This document shows, one piece after another, positions 14,582-27,761 of a stretch of DNA of 64,000 nt (positions within the stretch are counted from its first letter, which is position 1; each line of letters opens with the position of its first letter). Location of the stretch: positions 1 through 64,000 of the forward strand of contig JAUCBJ010000368.1 of the NCBI GenBank assembly GCA_032718475.1, in the 5' to 3' direction. This DNA is from Nemertoderma westbladi. Lineage: Eukaryota > Animalia > Xenacoelomorpha. Under the pieces are notes generated by a model. That model had not been told where the DNA came from. It worked only from the letters and a program-made list of their open reading frames with translations, and ran no database searches. Position numbers and translations under genes: made by a program.

Positions 14582-15305
14582 CAATACTTTTTTATATCTA
14601 TGTATCCATCTGTCATAAATCAGCAGTTATTCGCACAGATTCGAGACTTCGCATAGTTATAAAGGTCGTCAGTCTGCGTTTAGGAAAAATATTTTATGAC
14701 AAAACAGGAAAAGCGCAACGAGGCGTAATATAGTTTCCATAATTTCCAAGATATTGATTAAAATGTAATGGCTATGCCTCAACGGATGGAAAGGTGCATC
14801 AATACGAAAATTACCTCACTGATTTGAAGATTAGCCCACATTCGCATCGCAATGACTTAGTGGGTGTAGACACCTACAAAACAACAGTTATAACCATTAT
14901 TGCTTATCCAGATATCAAACAAAAATGTAGCACGGGTTACATATGATGAGTGAGACAATAAAAAATAGGCATTTCACTAATAAGTAATATTTCAAATGAT
15001 CTCATGTATTAAAACTGGGCCGAACTGTTATGGGATCTAGCCTTAAATTATAAAACTATACCGGTCGCATTCCTCTATGGGTGTAACTGTCCTGCTTAAA
15101 TTAGTAGTGTGTAATTAATCATTGTAGTCGTGGGGGTTCATGGTTAGTATACACTACCCTTTCATTGTAGCTTAAAGAAGGCCAAGTATTGAAGGGTTGA
15201 GCACAGTGGCAGGAGATGGTATGACAGATGGGAGGTCATGAGGAGGTAAATTGCGGACATACAAGGAATCATATCAGATACTATTTCCAGGTCTATCTTT
15301 TACCT

Positions 15306-15378
15306 GAGCCGCTAGCTGAATGGTTAGAGCGTCAGACTTCCAACTCGGAGGTCACCACCTCGATCCCACCTGGAGGTC
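15306..15378 (+). pseudogene. Degenerate tRNA-like sequence (tRNA pseudogene or SINE head)
   Basis: A-box/D-arm-like TAGCTGAATGGTTAGAGCG and B-box-like CCTCGATCCC at tRNA spacing; acceptor and T stems do not pair. Confidence 0.45.
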
Positions 15379-16680
15379 ATTGGCGACTTTTCAAAGCTGT
15401 TCCCAACGAAAGTCATAATAATATATAAATTTACCTATTTACCATGCCAACATTTACATATTGTTCGATATCTTAAGAACCAATCGTTCTGCTGTTGTTT
15501 TGAATGCAGGTGTCAACACCCAGTAAGTCGATCATTTCGATTCAAATGATCCAATTCTCACATCAATTATTTTAAGTGATAATTTCATGGAAATTACAAA
15601 AATAGCACCATTGATGCACCTTCCTTCAGTTGAATAAGAATTTGATAGGATCATCAATATAATATTTTGATAAATACCTTTGTTAGAGTTCGATAAGATT
15701 ATCAAAATAAGATATTTGATAAATACCGGTACCTTGAAAACCAGTGATTCTACTGTTTTAAAGGTGTATAACACGTTGTGGGGTCTTCGAGCAGCACGTG
15801 TTCAAATGTTCAATGACTGAGCAGCGACTAATTAACACATTTATGAGAGATTCATTGACCAGCTACCGACAGATCAATATTGTTACATATATTTTAGTTT
15901 AATGTTTGATTCAATTAAAGGCACAAATTAAAAAGGCTACAAATATATAGGGGTGAATAATTAAATTAGTCACCCATTAGGCCTAAAAGGTAGCCAAATA
16001 TATAAGTTGCAATCTATATAAATTTTTAAATTCAGTAGTGTGCGTGTGTTGTGTATTGATTCCGGAGATTTCATGTTGAAATAGCGTTCATTAATTTAAT
16101 TTCTATTTAATTATTCAGGCATGCTAATACCCACATTAAATTAGTTCGTGTGTGTTAAGTGTGTAAGATTTTATTGTTTCGTCACGAAACCATTTGGGCA
16201 CAGAAACTGACGGATTCTTCGCGAATTTCGCAAACGTCGCGAATTTCGCAAACGTCGCGAATTTCGCAAACTTCGGGAATTTTTTCTACAATTTTGACTG
16301 CTTAAGCAAAAGAGTCCCGAATGAGTTTTTTAACCTTTATTTTTTTGTAATTTTGAGTGCTTTTTTATATTAGTGAATGTTCTAGAACCTTAGTAGATTT
16401 TTTATTGTATATAGCTAGTATTTTTTACTAGCTAGTAATTTTTGGAAATTATTTTGGTCATTAATATATTCTTCAACAGTTTAACCTGAAATATCATGGA
16501 CTTTCACATTTTTTATAATTTCAAAAAATACTAGCTAGCAAAAAAACACTAGCTATCATAAAAAACATATATACTAATGTTGTAGAACTTTCACCAATAC
16601 CAAAAAAATTAAAAAACTCTAAAAAAGGATTGGTGAAAAATGGCTGGGGTGTCGACAGGGCGAAGTAGGGACCGTCTTGC

Positions 16681-17856
16681 TTAACCCCTTAGAGCCTATG
16701 ACGTCCACTGCACGTCACAATGGACAGCACGAAGACGTGCAGTGGACGTCATGCTGGAATACATGTTTTATTGGAAGGCTCTTGGAGAAGGTATACTGGT
16801 GGATAGTATTAATGACATTTATTGCTCTTCGTGGCAAAAAATCCATTCTGTACTGTAGATAGGCTGTATTGTAGACTGTATTATTAGTGTTAGGTATATG
16901 GCGTAATGCCAACCACAGTACAGTAGTACAGACTGACAGTAAGACCGACAGACAGACAGACTAGATTTATGTAAACGTGTAAACTGACATCAAAAATGAA
17001 ATCAGCAACCAGTTAAAACCCCCATAGCGAGAATGTTGGTTAGTTAGTATACTTTCGTAAGTTTTCACAGGCTGACTGACAGAAAGACCGACAGCCAGAA
17101 AGACTAGATTTTTTTAAACGTGAAAACTGACATCTGAAATAAAATTAGCACCCATTAAAACCCCCATAACGAGAATGTTAGTTAGTTTGTATTCTTTTTT
17201 AAGTTTTGACAGACTGACTGACTGACAGAAAGACCGACAAACAGACAGACTAGATTTATGTAAACCTGAAAACTGACATCAGAAATGAAATCAGCACCCC
17301 TTAAAACCCCCATAGCGAGAATGTTAGTTAATTTGAATTCTCATTTATGTTTTGACAGACTGACTGACAGAAAGACCGACAGACAGACAGACTAAATTTA
17401 TGTAAACGTGAAAACTGACATCAGAAATGTAATCAACACTCTTTAAAACCCCCATAGCGAGAATGTTAGCGACAAGTTTTAATGATTAACCATATTTCGT
17501 AAGATATATTTTAAAACATTTATTTATTAATAATGCAATAACTGAATAACCAGATAACGGAAAGACAAACCGAATTGAAACTTTTAATTACTAATAATAA
17601 TTGTGGTGAGAGGTGATGGAAATCAAGAATATATGTTATGTTATGGAGCACGCGTTGGTAGGCACAGGCAAATGAATTGATGTCTGTTGAGATGTATTGA
17701 AGGAGCACTATTCCTTCTACTGGACTACTATGTCCTTGTGTACTAGCCTAGGCACTGGCTTGGTCAAAGACTTTAGCTTGCAATGTTACTAATGTAAAAC
17801 TTCAAGAAATATTATTGGGCACGGCTGCCCTTGCCATGCCTTAGGCTCTATGGGGG
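16681..17856. mobile_element. Possible piggyBac-like non-autonomous element containing four ~140-bp tandem units (16930-17470)
   Basis: Starts TTAA-CCCCTTAGAGCCTA; imperfect inverted match TAGGCTCTATGGGG at ~17842-17855; internal tandem unit ...GACAGACTAGATTTATGTAAACGTGAAAACTGACATCAGAAATGAAATCAGCACCC...GAGAATGTTAG. Confidence 0.5.
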
Positions 17857-17992
17857 AGAATGGAATCAGCGTATGAATTTACAAAGTTAATTATGTTTAA
17901 ATCAATTAAAAATACATTTATTAACGCAAATCACTTGAAAAAATAAAAAACTATAATGGAATGGGGTACATGGATTCCAGATATCTAATTTC

Positions 17993-18250
17993 TGTGCAAA
18001 ATAACTTTAATCGTATGGTGCTAAACAATTAATTTCCATGGAGAGACCGTTCAAAATGACTCAACCATACAATTTAGCTGAAGATATTAACTTCGATTAT
18101 GGCTTCCGACATTTATGGCTTCCGACACACACACTGACACACACACACACCACACACGCACACACACACACACACAGACTTTTGAAAAACGGCCATAGTA
18201 TAATTATATCAGTTCGCTGATGGCTCGCCATACGTGTCTCGCCCCACATG
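17993..18250 (-). mobile_element. Interspersed repeat with CA microsatellite (DINE/HINE-like), copy A
   Basis: Near-identical to 23481-23710; the end CGTGTCTCGCCCCACA is the reverse complement of the 5' end of the 26327 element. Confidence 0.7.
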
Positions 18251-19687
18251 CTAAGTCAACTATTGATGAGGTTCGAATAGTTCTAATATCATTGCGATAG
18301 GGTTATCGTATAGATAACGGTATAGGGTTAATATTATTCAAATCAACTCGCCAATAAGTCATGAAAATTGACAATAATTTAAAAATCTAAAGAGCTGGGG
18401 AACCAGACTACATTAATAAATATCGAACAAAGTGAAATAAGGACCACCCCAGTGGCCAGTCTCTAGAGCTACATTATATAGCCATAGTCTGTATTATGTA
18501 ATAATACTGAAGTGGGAACTTACTTGTTACATAATATACTGAAATTATTCAATGTTTTAGAAGCAAAATAAACCGTATAACTACCCAGGCCGAAGGCAGA
18601 GGTTGTTATACAAGGTTTTTTGTCGGATCTGTCGGAATGTATGTATAGGGGCCTACTATACAATTTTCTAGGTGAATATATACAAAGTTATTTACTTCTA
18701 ATTGACCAAATAGGATTTCAGAGAATGTGAGAAGTAGGTGACAAACTATTGAAAAAAATATCATATGTTTTTTTCCCATGTAAATAACATGGGAAAAAAC
18801 GTATAACATTTTTTTCAATATTCTCTCAACTCTTTATTAACCTCGCTGGCGATATGCGAAATTTTATTCTTAAATTGGTAGTTTTTGTTGATCAATTCTA
18901 TAATAAGATATTGAGCGATATACATTAGTGTTACAAAATAAATTGAATTGTAGAATTTTATTACAATATTGCTTCCTTAATTACTGCGATTCAAATTACT
19001 GTACCTTTCAATTCTTGATGCTGCCTTTTTTAGTGTTCTATTAGCCACTATTTTAGTGTTCTAGAATAATTATTACGTAACTAGGGAGCCGCTTAACTAC
19101 GTATACCAATATTGGATATTGAGCTCCGTATTGGAGTACGTCTTGCAGTCACTAAAGTTGCAATAACTTTTGAGTGTGTGAATTGATTTTGCTCTAATTA
19201 CGGTACTTGCAAACCTTTTTTACGTCGATGCTCCTTCAACACATGTAATAAAATTTATATAATTCCGTCATATTTTATTTTACTTTTTTCGCCGGGAAAA
19301 AATGTTTTTTTTTCCACAGCGAAAAAAAGTGAAACTTTTTCTCCCATTTTGGGGTATATTCGAGCGAAAAAGTAACAATTTAAGAATAAACTTTATATGT
19401 TTCGAGTATATAACCTCGAAAAACAAGGATTATACGGATATAATACTGGTTTGTCGCCCGGCAATGTGTAAACAAAAAAAGAGAATTAATGATAAACAGT
19501 TGTATGTAGGCCTACAGTCTAGGCCATATCATGACATATACTAAAGATACGACCATGAAAGCTGCATTCTACCTTTAGTAGGAACACGTTTTTAAAAATG
19601 TATTTTGGTTTTGAAGGATTTTATTCTAAAAGTTTTTTAGAACATTTTTTATATTCATTATAATCATGGTACTACCATACAGGGGAG

Positions 19688-19951
19688 CAGCTAGCAGTAC
19701 AGCTATACAGGTAGCAGTACAGCTATACAGGTAGCAGTACAGCTATACAGCTAGCAGTACAGCTATACAGCTAGCAGTACAGCTATACAGCTAGCAGTAC
19801 AGCTATACAGCTAGCAGTACAGCTATACAGCTAGCAGTACAGCTATACAGCTAGCAGTACAGCTATACAGCTAGCAGTACAGCTATACAGCTAGCAGTAC
19901 AGCTAGCAGTATAGCTATACAGCTAGCAGTACAGCTATACAGCTAGCAGTA
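19688..19951. repeat. 20-bp tandem repeat, ~13 copies
   Basis: (CAGCTAGCAGTACAGCTATA)n, itself built of related 10-mers. Confidence 0.95.
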
Positions 19952-21040
19952 TCAGGCGGACAGAAATGGTAAGCTTAATCAAGGTATAAAATAATATTGC
20001 AAATATAAATAATTGGTCATTATATACTTCTACAGTCTGACAGTAGCCCATTCTACACCTTTTAGTATTCGCCTTTTTTAGCTCATTCTACATAAGAAGT
20101 ACGTCATTCTAGCTCATTCTACCTTTCAGTACTTAACCCTACCGACATCTCTGATAATTCACTCACCGTTCAAAGTTTTAGCCTAAGGTTAATATCATAT
20201 CCGCGGAAATCATTGAGTAAAATAAACTATAATTACCCGAATGGTCCCATCTACCGAATAATATCAATTTGCATGCAACATTGCACATATTGTTTCAACA
20301 CAAACAATTTGTGTGAATTTGTGTGAACTGCCTGGAGCGAACATAAATGATAATACATACATATTGCCCGCCCATGGTCCATCCATCTCATTGCTGAATG
20401 CCAAGTTGGCTCTAATTAATAACTACATGAATTATAGCACGGAAAATTTTTGGTACATTACACGGAAATAAATAGAAAAAAACGAAAAAAAAAAGTTTTC
20501 GAACTAAAATTTTGTGAAGAATCTAGAGGTGATACACATTTCTAAAACGATTTGTTATTTATCGAGGTTCTGCACTTTTCAATAGATTTTTTTTTCGTAT
20601 TTGTAATTATCTGTAAAATGTTTATTTATTTGTATATTTATTTCATTTGTGTTAAACCAAATAAAGTGACGTTTTTCAATTAACTTAAAAAAAAGTCTGA
20701 AAAAACTATTAAACTAATAATTAATCCCCGAGTTGACGAGCGAATCCAGACCGGTGTGTGTTTGCTTTTGGATTATACGCGTCGCCGCGTCTGTAGGCTG
20801 CTGAAAGGCTGATGGTATCTGCGATTGAAAGGCCGGAGGCCGGCTGAATAACTGAGTTTTACTGGCAGTTGTTCGTAATGTCAGAATATAATAATAGCAC
20901 AATCAGAACATAATAATAGCACGGTTAATGACGACGACGACGGTTAAAACCGTCTTGTTTCCACAGATCTACACAAACCAACTGAATTATAGGTAATAAA
21001 CGCAATGGTTATATTGCTAACACACATGGAATATTCCCAC

Positions 21041-23141
21041 TGTTACGTGGCCTGGTCAATGAATGCACCCCAATCAGATGGTGTTCTGCCTCATCATTGG
21101 CTAACCTATTCTCCCTTCGTTTGGCACTCCTTGGTCCCTTAGTGCCCCTGAGATGGCTTGTAGCCTCTTATCTCTGCTTGTGGTTGGCAATGTCTATTGC
21201 CGTTGGTTATTAGGTAGCATTATATTGCTAATGTCACCTGGCCAACTATAATTGGTAAAAAGCCACTTTCCCCATTTTCCACTGGGTAGTGCAGGGAATT
21301 GGTTCTGCGTACACTCCCCCCCATGCTATTTTCCCGGTGATAAGATAGCATCAACATTAAGTGTGCAACAATTCCGCTGGAATCCAACCTAGTATTGGAT
21401 GTGGGGTGGAATTCTCTTCTCGGGGCCAACTTTCCAGGCTGGCCCCCCTGGGTCTGTTTTCACTACCCAGCCTTGGTACATCTGCGAGCTAAGCTGTGCC
21501 AAGGCATCTGGCGTCTCTATTTTAGACGATCGTCCTCACTCCTCACACAATTTTACCTCTCGGACTTTGTTGTCCCTTCCTCTCTCGCCAGTCCCTTAGG
21601 AGTCATCCTCCTCTCCGCTCTCTCCCCAGACTCGGACCTCGCACCCTGTACTTTTCTCATACCCTAACACCTCCTCCCCATACTCCTCCCATACTCAACC
21701 CGTTTTCGCACTCACTCTCCTCACACTCCTATCGGGTCCCACGCATGTGTACGGCATGTCAGTGAGATCCGTCATTGTCCCACCCTCCTGTTCCAGTCAA
21801 TTAGTCCCCAGTCCCAGTAGCTAATTGGAAAAGATTATATCTGACTATTCTAAGTATATTATACTTCTCTAGTATTAATTGATTACCTATGTACATACTA
21901 ATTGCACTTGTATTATTGCACATAAAATAATTATTTGTACTTATGTGTCCATGCAGTTCCTTCCAGGCACATTGACATCACCTGTAATCAGTTCTAGAGT
22001 CCTAAAGTGCTCCTCCCGTACCCTCCAGGAACCATATCAGCTCTTTACCACTGTCATTGTCCTATCTCGGTTGCTCCCTCCCCTCCTGTTTGCGCTTGAG
22101 GCCACTCATTCTCGCTGATACCGTCTTGCCAAGCCCCGTTGTTTGTTCCTTGGGTGTGGGTGTTATTAATTCACGATTTCGCTTCGCAGGTGGTCCCACT
22201 GAGTGTCCCTCCTGCTTCCCCCTGGTAGCGTCCCCCAAGATCATTTTCATCACACGCGGCTCATGTTCCGCCAGAAAATCCCTGAATTCCATCCTGTTTT
22301 CTGGTGACCATCTGTCCAGATATCTTTGGGTGTTAATGACCCCCCCATATGATGCTGCTGTCGCTACCTCCTGATACATGAATGGTAGTCTCCTCTTGGT
22401 AATCTCCTGGTGGGCCTGTAGGTTAATATTGAAAAAGCCCCACCGGAACTCCTGGGCCTTCTTCCTTTGCCTTGTCATGTCTCCGACGTCGGCCCAGTCC
22501 TCGAAAATACATAATTTCTCCTCATCCTCCATCCACTCGTACTGGTGCTCAAAGTGCCCCCTAAATTTGCACTTTGAACACCTGTGGTGCAACCTTGGGC
22601 ATGACCCATCCTAAGGGTAGACTCGCGGCGTAGACGACATTGTCCCCTGCTTGTAACGATACAGACAGTTCTTTTGCTGATGGGTTAGTCTCCGGCCACA
22701 GTAAACGCAACCGTCTATTACTGTCTCCCGCCCCAAGTTGTCCTTGGCTTCACGTAGCATCCTGGGTCTGTGGAGCCACTGGTAGGTAAAAATTTCGACC
22801 TTGTCTTCCCTACCCGTGTCAGTGTGATCCTCCTCCCTCGGCATCGTTTCCCCAAACACCACTAGTTGTGCCGTCCCCGGTTGCTCGCCCAGTCGAATCG
22901 TGTTTGCCGGGAAGTCTGTTGCCGGCTCCCCATGCTCCCAGGCTCGCTTGCCGGGTTCGTCCCAGAAGGCCCCCCCCCCCCCCCCCCCCCCCGCTGGCTG
23001 TCACCACTCTCCCGTCCACTCAGTCCGTTTCCGACTGGCCGATTCTCTCTCTCGGTGGCATCGCCCCGAACTCGTCCTCCTCTACTTCCTCTGCCACGAG
23101 CAGTGCCAAACCCAGGATCCTGGACGTGTGGCTAAGTCACA
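21041..23141 (+). mobile_element. ~2.1-kb solo-LTR-like unit containing an antisense ORF
   Basis: Begins TGTTAC and ends GTCACA (imperfect terminal IR, TG...CA); GC-richer than flanks; AT-rich stretch at ~21830-21940; no TSD match (CCAC vs CGAA). Confidence 0.5.
22062..23110 (-). pseudogene. Disrupted Cys/His zinc-finger-like ORF of unknown family
   Basis: ORFs 22611-22862 and 22062-22592 are in the same frame, split by one TAG: CVYCGRRLTHQQKNC ... CPRLHHRCSKCKFRGHFEHQY ... FEDWADVGDMTRQR...WGFF; upstream part broken near the C homopolymer at ~22970-22992. Confidence 0.55.
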
Positions 23142-23146
23142 CGAAT

Positions 23147-23800
23147 AATTCCCAAAAGGCACTTAGGCATTTTGGCATTTTCCATGTACCTAAATAATTG
23201 CAACCAGCGTAAATGCCAAAATGCTCAAGTGCTTTTGGGGAACTGTAGAATGATTCTAACAGTTCCCCAAGGGCACTTTGGCATTCTGGCATTTAGTTGA
23301 AATTCATTATTCGCTGAGATTCGGGTAGGCCTAAAGAACTTTATACTTTTTTTAAGAACACTTTACTGTATAAGTGTAAAAGTTTGTCGGACCTATAATG
23401 CACTCCATAACATACAATAATATTTAATCAATAAAGTATTACTTAGTTATTGTAGTTCAACATAGTATTAATATTCATCAGTGCAAAATAACTTTAATCA
23501 TATGGTGCTAAATAATTAATTTCCATGGAGAGACCGTTCAAAATGACTCAACCATACAATTTAGCTGAAGATATTAATTTAGATTATGGCTTCCGACATT
23601 TATGGCTTCCAACATACACACACACACACAGACACAGACTTTTGAAAAACGGCCATAGTATAATTATATCAGTTCGCTGATGGCTCGCCATTCGTGTCTC
23701 GCCCCACACTTAGGCGTACTGTATAATGTAGTAATATCATCAATAATAATGATTTACAATTAAATGCCAGAATGTCAAAGTGCCTTTAGGGAACTCTTAA
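23147..23800. mobile_element. Two adjacent MITEs of one family (23147-23245 and 23257-23800); the second contains repeat copy B (23481-23710)
   Basis: TIR motif (G/A)TTCCC(C/A)AA(G/A)GGCACTT(T/A)GGCATT(C/T)TGGCATTT occurs in alternating orientation at ~23147, ~23211, ~23261 and ~23761. Confidence 0.7.
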
Positions 23801-26326
23801 CCCTATTAGTACCGGGCTATAAAATGATGTACAAATACCGGGGGGGGGGTGGGTCATATTGACCCCTCCCTCTAAAATCTACAAATCTTAACGAAAACGT
23901 CTGATTTTTTGTTTGTACGTAGGTATCACTTGCCTGGATCCGACCAAAAAAAAATTTTCGAAAAAATGTACTGGGGTGGTAATATTGCAGCACCAAAATT
24001 ACAAGTAGTGCACAATTTTCACAAAATTTGAAAGTTACATTTTTCGGCTAATTGTTTTTCAATACAGGTTTTCTGGGGCGCAAAATACATTGGAAAATAT
24101 TTAAAAATGATATGATTACCATAAATGGCTGTTTAGTCCTCTATGCGTAGGAAAAAAATGAAAAAAACAAGTAATCAGCACTTTTCAGTTAGAACACAAA
24201 ATTTTTAATTCACTTATACGATGCTATAAATATATATCTTTCCAATATATTGGTCCAATATATTGGACGACTCAACTCATTAGGGCACTCCCTTCAATAG
24301 GCAATACTTCCCTACAGCCCTCCTGTAAAAGCTTTTGCGGACAAAATAAGTCATTTTGCGCAATGCGCTAAATACTCTAAAAGGACTTCTAATTGTACAA
24401 CTGCACGTCTGTCAAAAAACCCAGAGTTGTAATGACGAAATCTACCAGCTGATCCTTTGTGTGAGAATGCTCTTTGTTGACATATATTTTTAGCCAATCA
24501 GAGCGATCTCACCTTCTCTGTTTACAGCAGCCTACGGAAGATGATGCAATACGGCAGTTTTCTGAGAATCCATGCTTGATTCAAGATTCATTCGGACATT
24601 CTGACTTTCAGACTTTGCCCTAACATCAGAGGCTAGAGTCATAGGAACGCAAATCTATTAACACACTGCACACCATACATCAAAACATACTGACACATTG
24701 CATATCACTCGACATATCATATACTCTTTTCACTGCACTGTTTTCTAATTATGCTGTTTTATATTAGTGTTAATTGTTGTTTATATTAATGGATGTTATA
24801 TTTGGAGAATACTGATGGATAATCGTAAAATCCCCCTTGACTTTCTTAATTACTGAGGTAAGCAGAAGGGTGTATCAGTAGCAATTGTGGCTCAATTTAT
24901 AGTGGTTTTTGTGTGAAATAAATGCTATTTCATAATCCCAACGTATGTGAGTTGCAATCCTCCTTAAATATGATTAAATATTTAAGGAGGATTAATCAGT
25001 GTGCATTAGTGTGTATTAGTGTGATATTAGTGTGAAGGTTAATAAAGCATTCCTAAAGAATGCGCCATTTGCGATACCTTATTGCCTCTAGTTGTGATTA
25101 GTGTAAGTCATAACTCTGTTTGATACTTAAAGCGCCACGTCCCAAAGGAACTGTTAATATTTCCCCGAAAGTAAATATAGTTGTCGGAGATTATATAGTA
25201 GCGATCAATCGAATAATACAAATTAGCCTATATGCAATAACTTTCTCTAGAACTGAATCCAGTCTCCCACACCCGTGGGTCATACGCCGCGCTAGGCTGG
25301 CTTCAGCTGATGTCAATTAGTACGGGCAAAGGTCGATTCAAGAGACACTTAAATTAGCAGGTTAAACTGTTAAAGGTCTAAAAGCGCGAACATTAATAGA
25401 TTAATTCTTTATTGCTCAGTAGGCAATAAACCCTAACATACCAGTCGGACGGTAAACTGTAGGCTTAGTTGACCCGAACCAGTACTTTACAGCAGTATTA
25501 CTTCGATTGTGATAATTATATACCGGTAGGTCTTAGTATTTAATCGGAGACTGCAGCCCTGGTTTTTTATTGAGATTTTACTTATTTCTGTTGGCTTATT
25601 TATCTGTAAGTGTAATATTGAGCAGAAGGCGTGTAAACCTGCTCGGATTGTAAAAGTAACTTATAGGCTGGATTGTTGTCTGATTGTTGTTTGGTCTGAA
25701 GTGGATTACAGTGTATGTAGGTTATTTGTCCGATAAAGTGCTAGTTAGGCAGTGGAGGCTTCCAGAGCTGTAAGGTAAATCCCCCGCGAAAGAATAAGTC
25801 GTACTACGTAGTCTAGAACGCTTACTAACCAATCATTTTGGAGACTGCATATAGTGTGGTTTATTTTAGGCTTGGCGATGATCTGTCAGCATTTTGGTCT
25901 GTGTTTTATTTGAATAGTCTGTACGGGTAGCGTAATATTTATTATTCAGAGTTTATGCAAGTAATTTACAACATTCATGTCCCCAATTTTATTCCTTACA
26001 GTAATACTGTAATAGTTAAATTAACCCCAGTACTACTTCAGGACTGCTTGGAGTAGGACAGACTGGTGATTTCTTTAGCATCGGATGATTAAGACTAAAT
26101 ACTCTGGTTACTCCAGCAGATACCATGGTTCTTTTGGCTGTTCACGTATATTTAACTGCAAGTTATATGTTGTATAAGTGCTAGTACCTAATCTAGGGTT
26201 TAGAGTACAGCGCTTTCCTGAAAGTTAATTTAGTGTGTACGCAGTATATTTGTGTTGTAACGTGGTTAATAGGTCCGTTAGCTTTAGGCTTCGATAATTA
26301 ATCTCTAGGTATAGGACACTCTGGGT

Positions 26327-26950
26327 ACGTTTGTGGGGCGAGACACGTAGTCGGCGAGCCTTGGCATACGGTTCATATAGGGCAAATGGGGCATGTCCGT
26401 CTGTCTGTCTGTCTGTCTGCCTGTCTGGTAAATGTTTGAACGCGAATTTCTCTGCATCGCTCGTTCGGAATTGAACCAAACTTAGTAGGTAAGTAGGAGA
26501 GAGAAAGTTTAGAAAGTTTGTAAAGTTTGGTGAAAAATCATGCAGTCTGACGTCAGCTATGACAGATTATGTGGTTTTTAGAAAATGTTAAATTTCTCGG
26601 GAAGGCCTCATTTTCCTGAGCTGAAATTTTGGTGGCTTGTAGAGAATCATGAAGTCTATCTTTTACGAAATTGAAAAGTTAAGACATTTAATTGGGGATC
26701 CGCTAGAGACTCAGAAGTAATGACATAGGCCTACCGGTACGGTACTGCTGTACAGTGCTGCACTGGTAAGTACGAAATTGCAGAATAACAATTTGACACC
26801 ACCTAGCGGATTAACATATGATTGTATATCGAATGAATACATTTATAGCATGGGATATTGGGTCCAAACTAGACATGCCCCATTTGCTCTATATGAACCG
26901 TATGCCAAGGCTTGCCGACTACGTGCTGCGCGAAGTCCCCACGAACGTGT
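26327..26950 (+). mobile_element. DINE-1/HINE-like repeat with long terminal inverted repeat
   Basis: 5' GTGGGGCGAGACACGTAGTCGGCGAGCC..., (CTGT)n at ~26400-26426, body shared with 11838-12600; 26872-26924 is the reverse complement of 26345-26398. Confidence 0.7.
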
Positions 26951-27761
26951 TTATAGTGTAGACTATAAGCCGTCAGACAGTGGCATTTCGTTATCTGGAC
27001 AACACAATGTATTGAGTACTACTTTATTGGTTTCAAATTTCTGTAAATTCCCTGTCAATCTGTAAGAACCAGAAATTCTAAATTCTTGTTAGTCTGGTTT
27101 GTAAAATTCTTGTAAAATTACCCTAAAAATTGTACGTGTAACCTTGTTTATTGTTTACTTAGAGATTGTGTAATCAAACCTGTTACGTAAGTAATTTGTA
27201 GTGATAAGAAACTTAGTTAAGTAGAACTATCAGTATTTAGTGTCTAACAAGTAGCACTCCACTGAGAGCGTCAAACCTCTGTGTAGTGACTTCTTACTCA
27301 GAAATAATAACATTTATTTCAATAATTGACAAAACCCATTACGGGTGTTTATATATATTTATAAATTTAACTCAATCAGATTTATAAATTAGTAGGCCTG
27401 TTATCCATCAATTAGGTCTTAATATCAGTTGAACCTATTACTCAATATCAGTAATAGAGAAAAGGGAAATAATTCATTAATTCATTAAAAAAATTATTGA
27501 CAATATCGGTGTTATAGTAAGCTTATTATTTATATATATAACTGAGGCTAAACTTATATACCGGTATTCAGGTGATTGATCCTAGTCTGTAGTAATACTG
27601 TTATACTGTATATACTATAGGTGTATACCGGCATTCTAACACATCCAACGTTACATTGAGTAACAATATTTGGTAACTGCGAGACTGACAGTTGATACTG
27701 ATTTGCCCTAGACTTACTTTAACTGTTATTATCATGATAGGCATTCAAGGGTAAATAAATT

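Noticed and set aside
15306-15378. Functional tRNA gene
   Set aside because: Acceptor and T stems fail to pair; kept only as a degenerate tRNA-like sequence
25117-27690. 5' LTR and PBS of the BEL element (candidates TGGTCTGAAGTGGAT at ~25692, TGGTAACTGCGAG at 27671)
   Set aside because: No second LTR copy in the window and neither candidate PBS could be matched confidently to a tRNA
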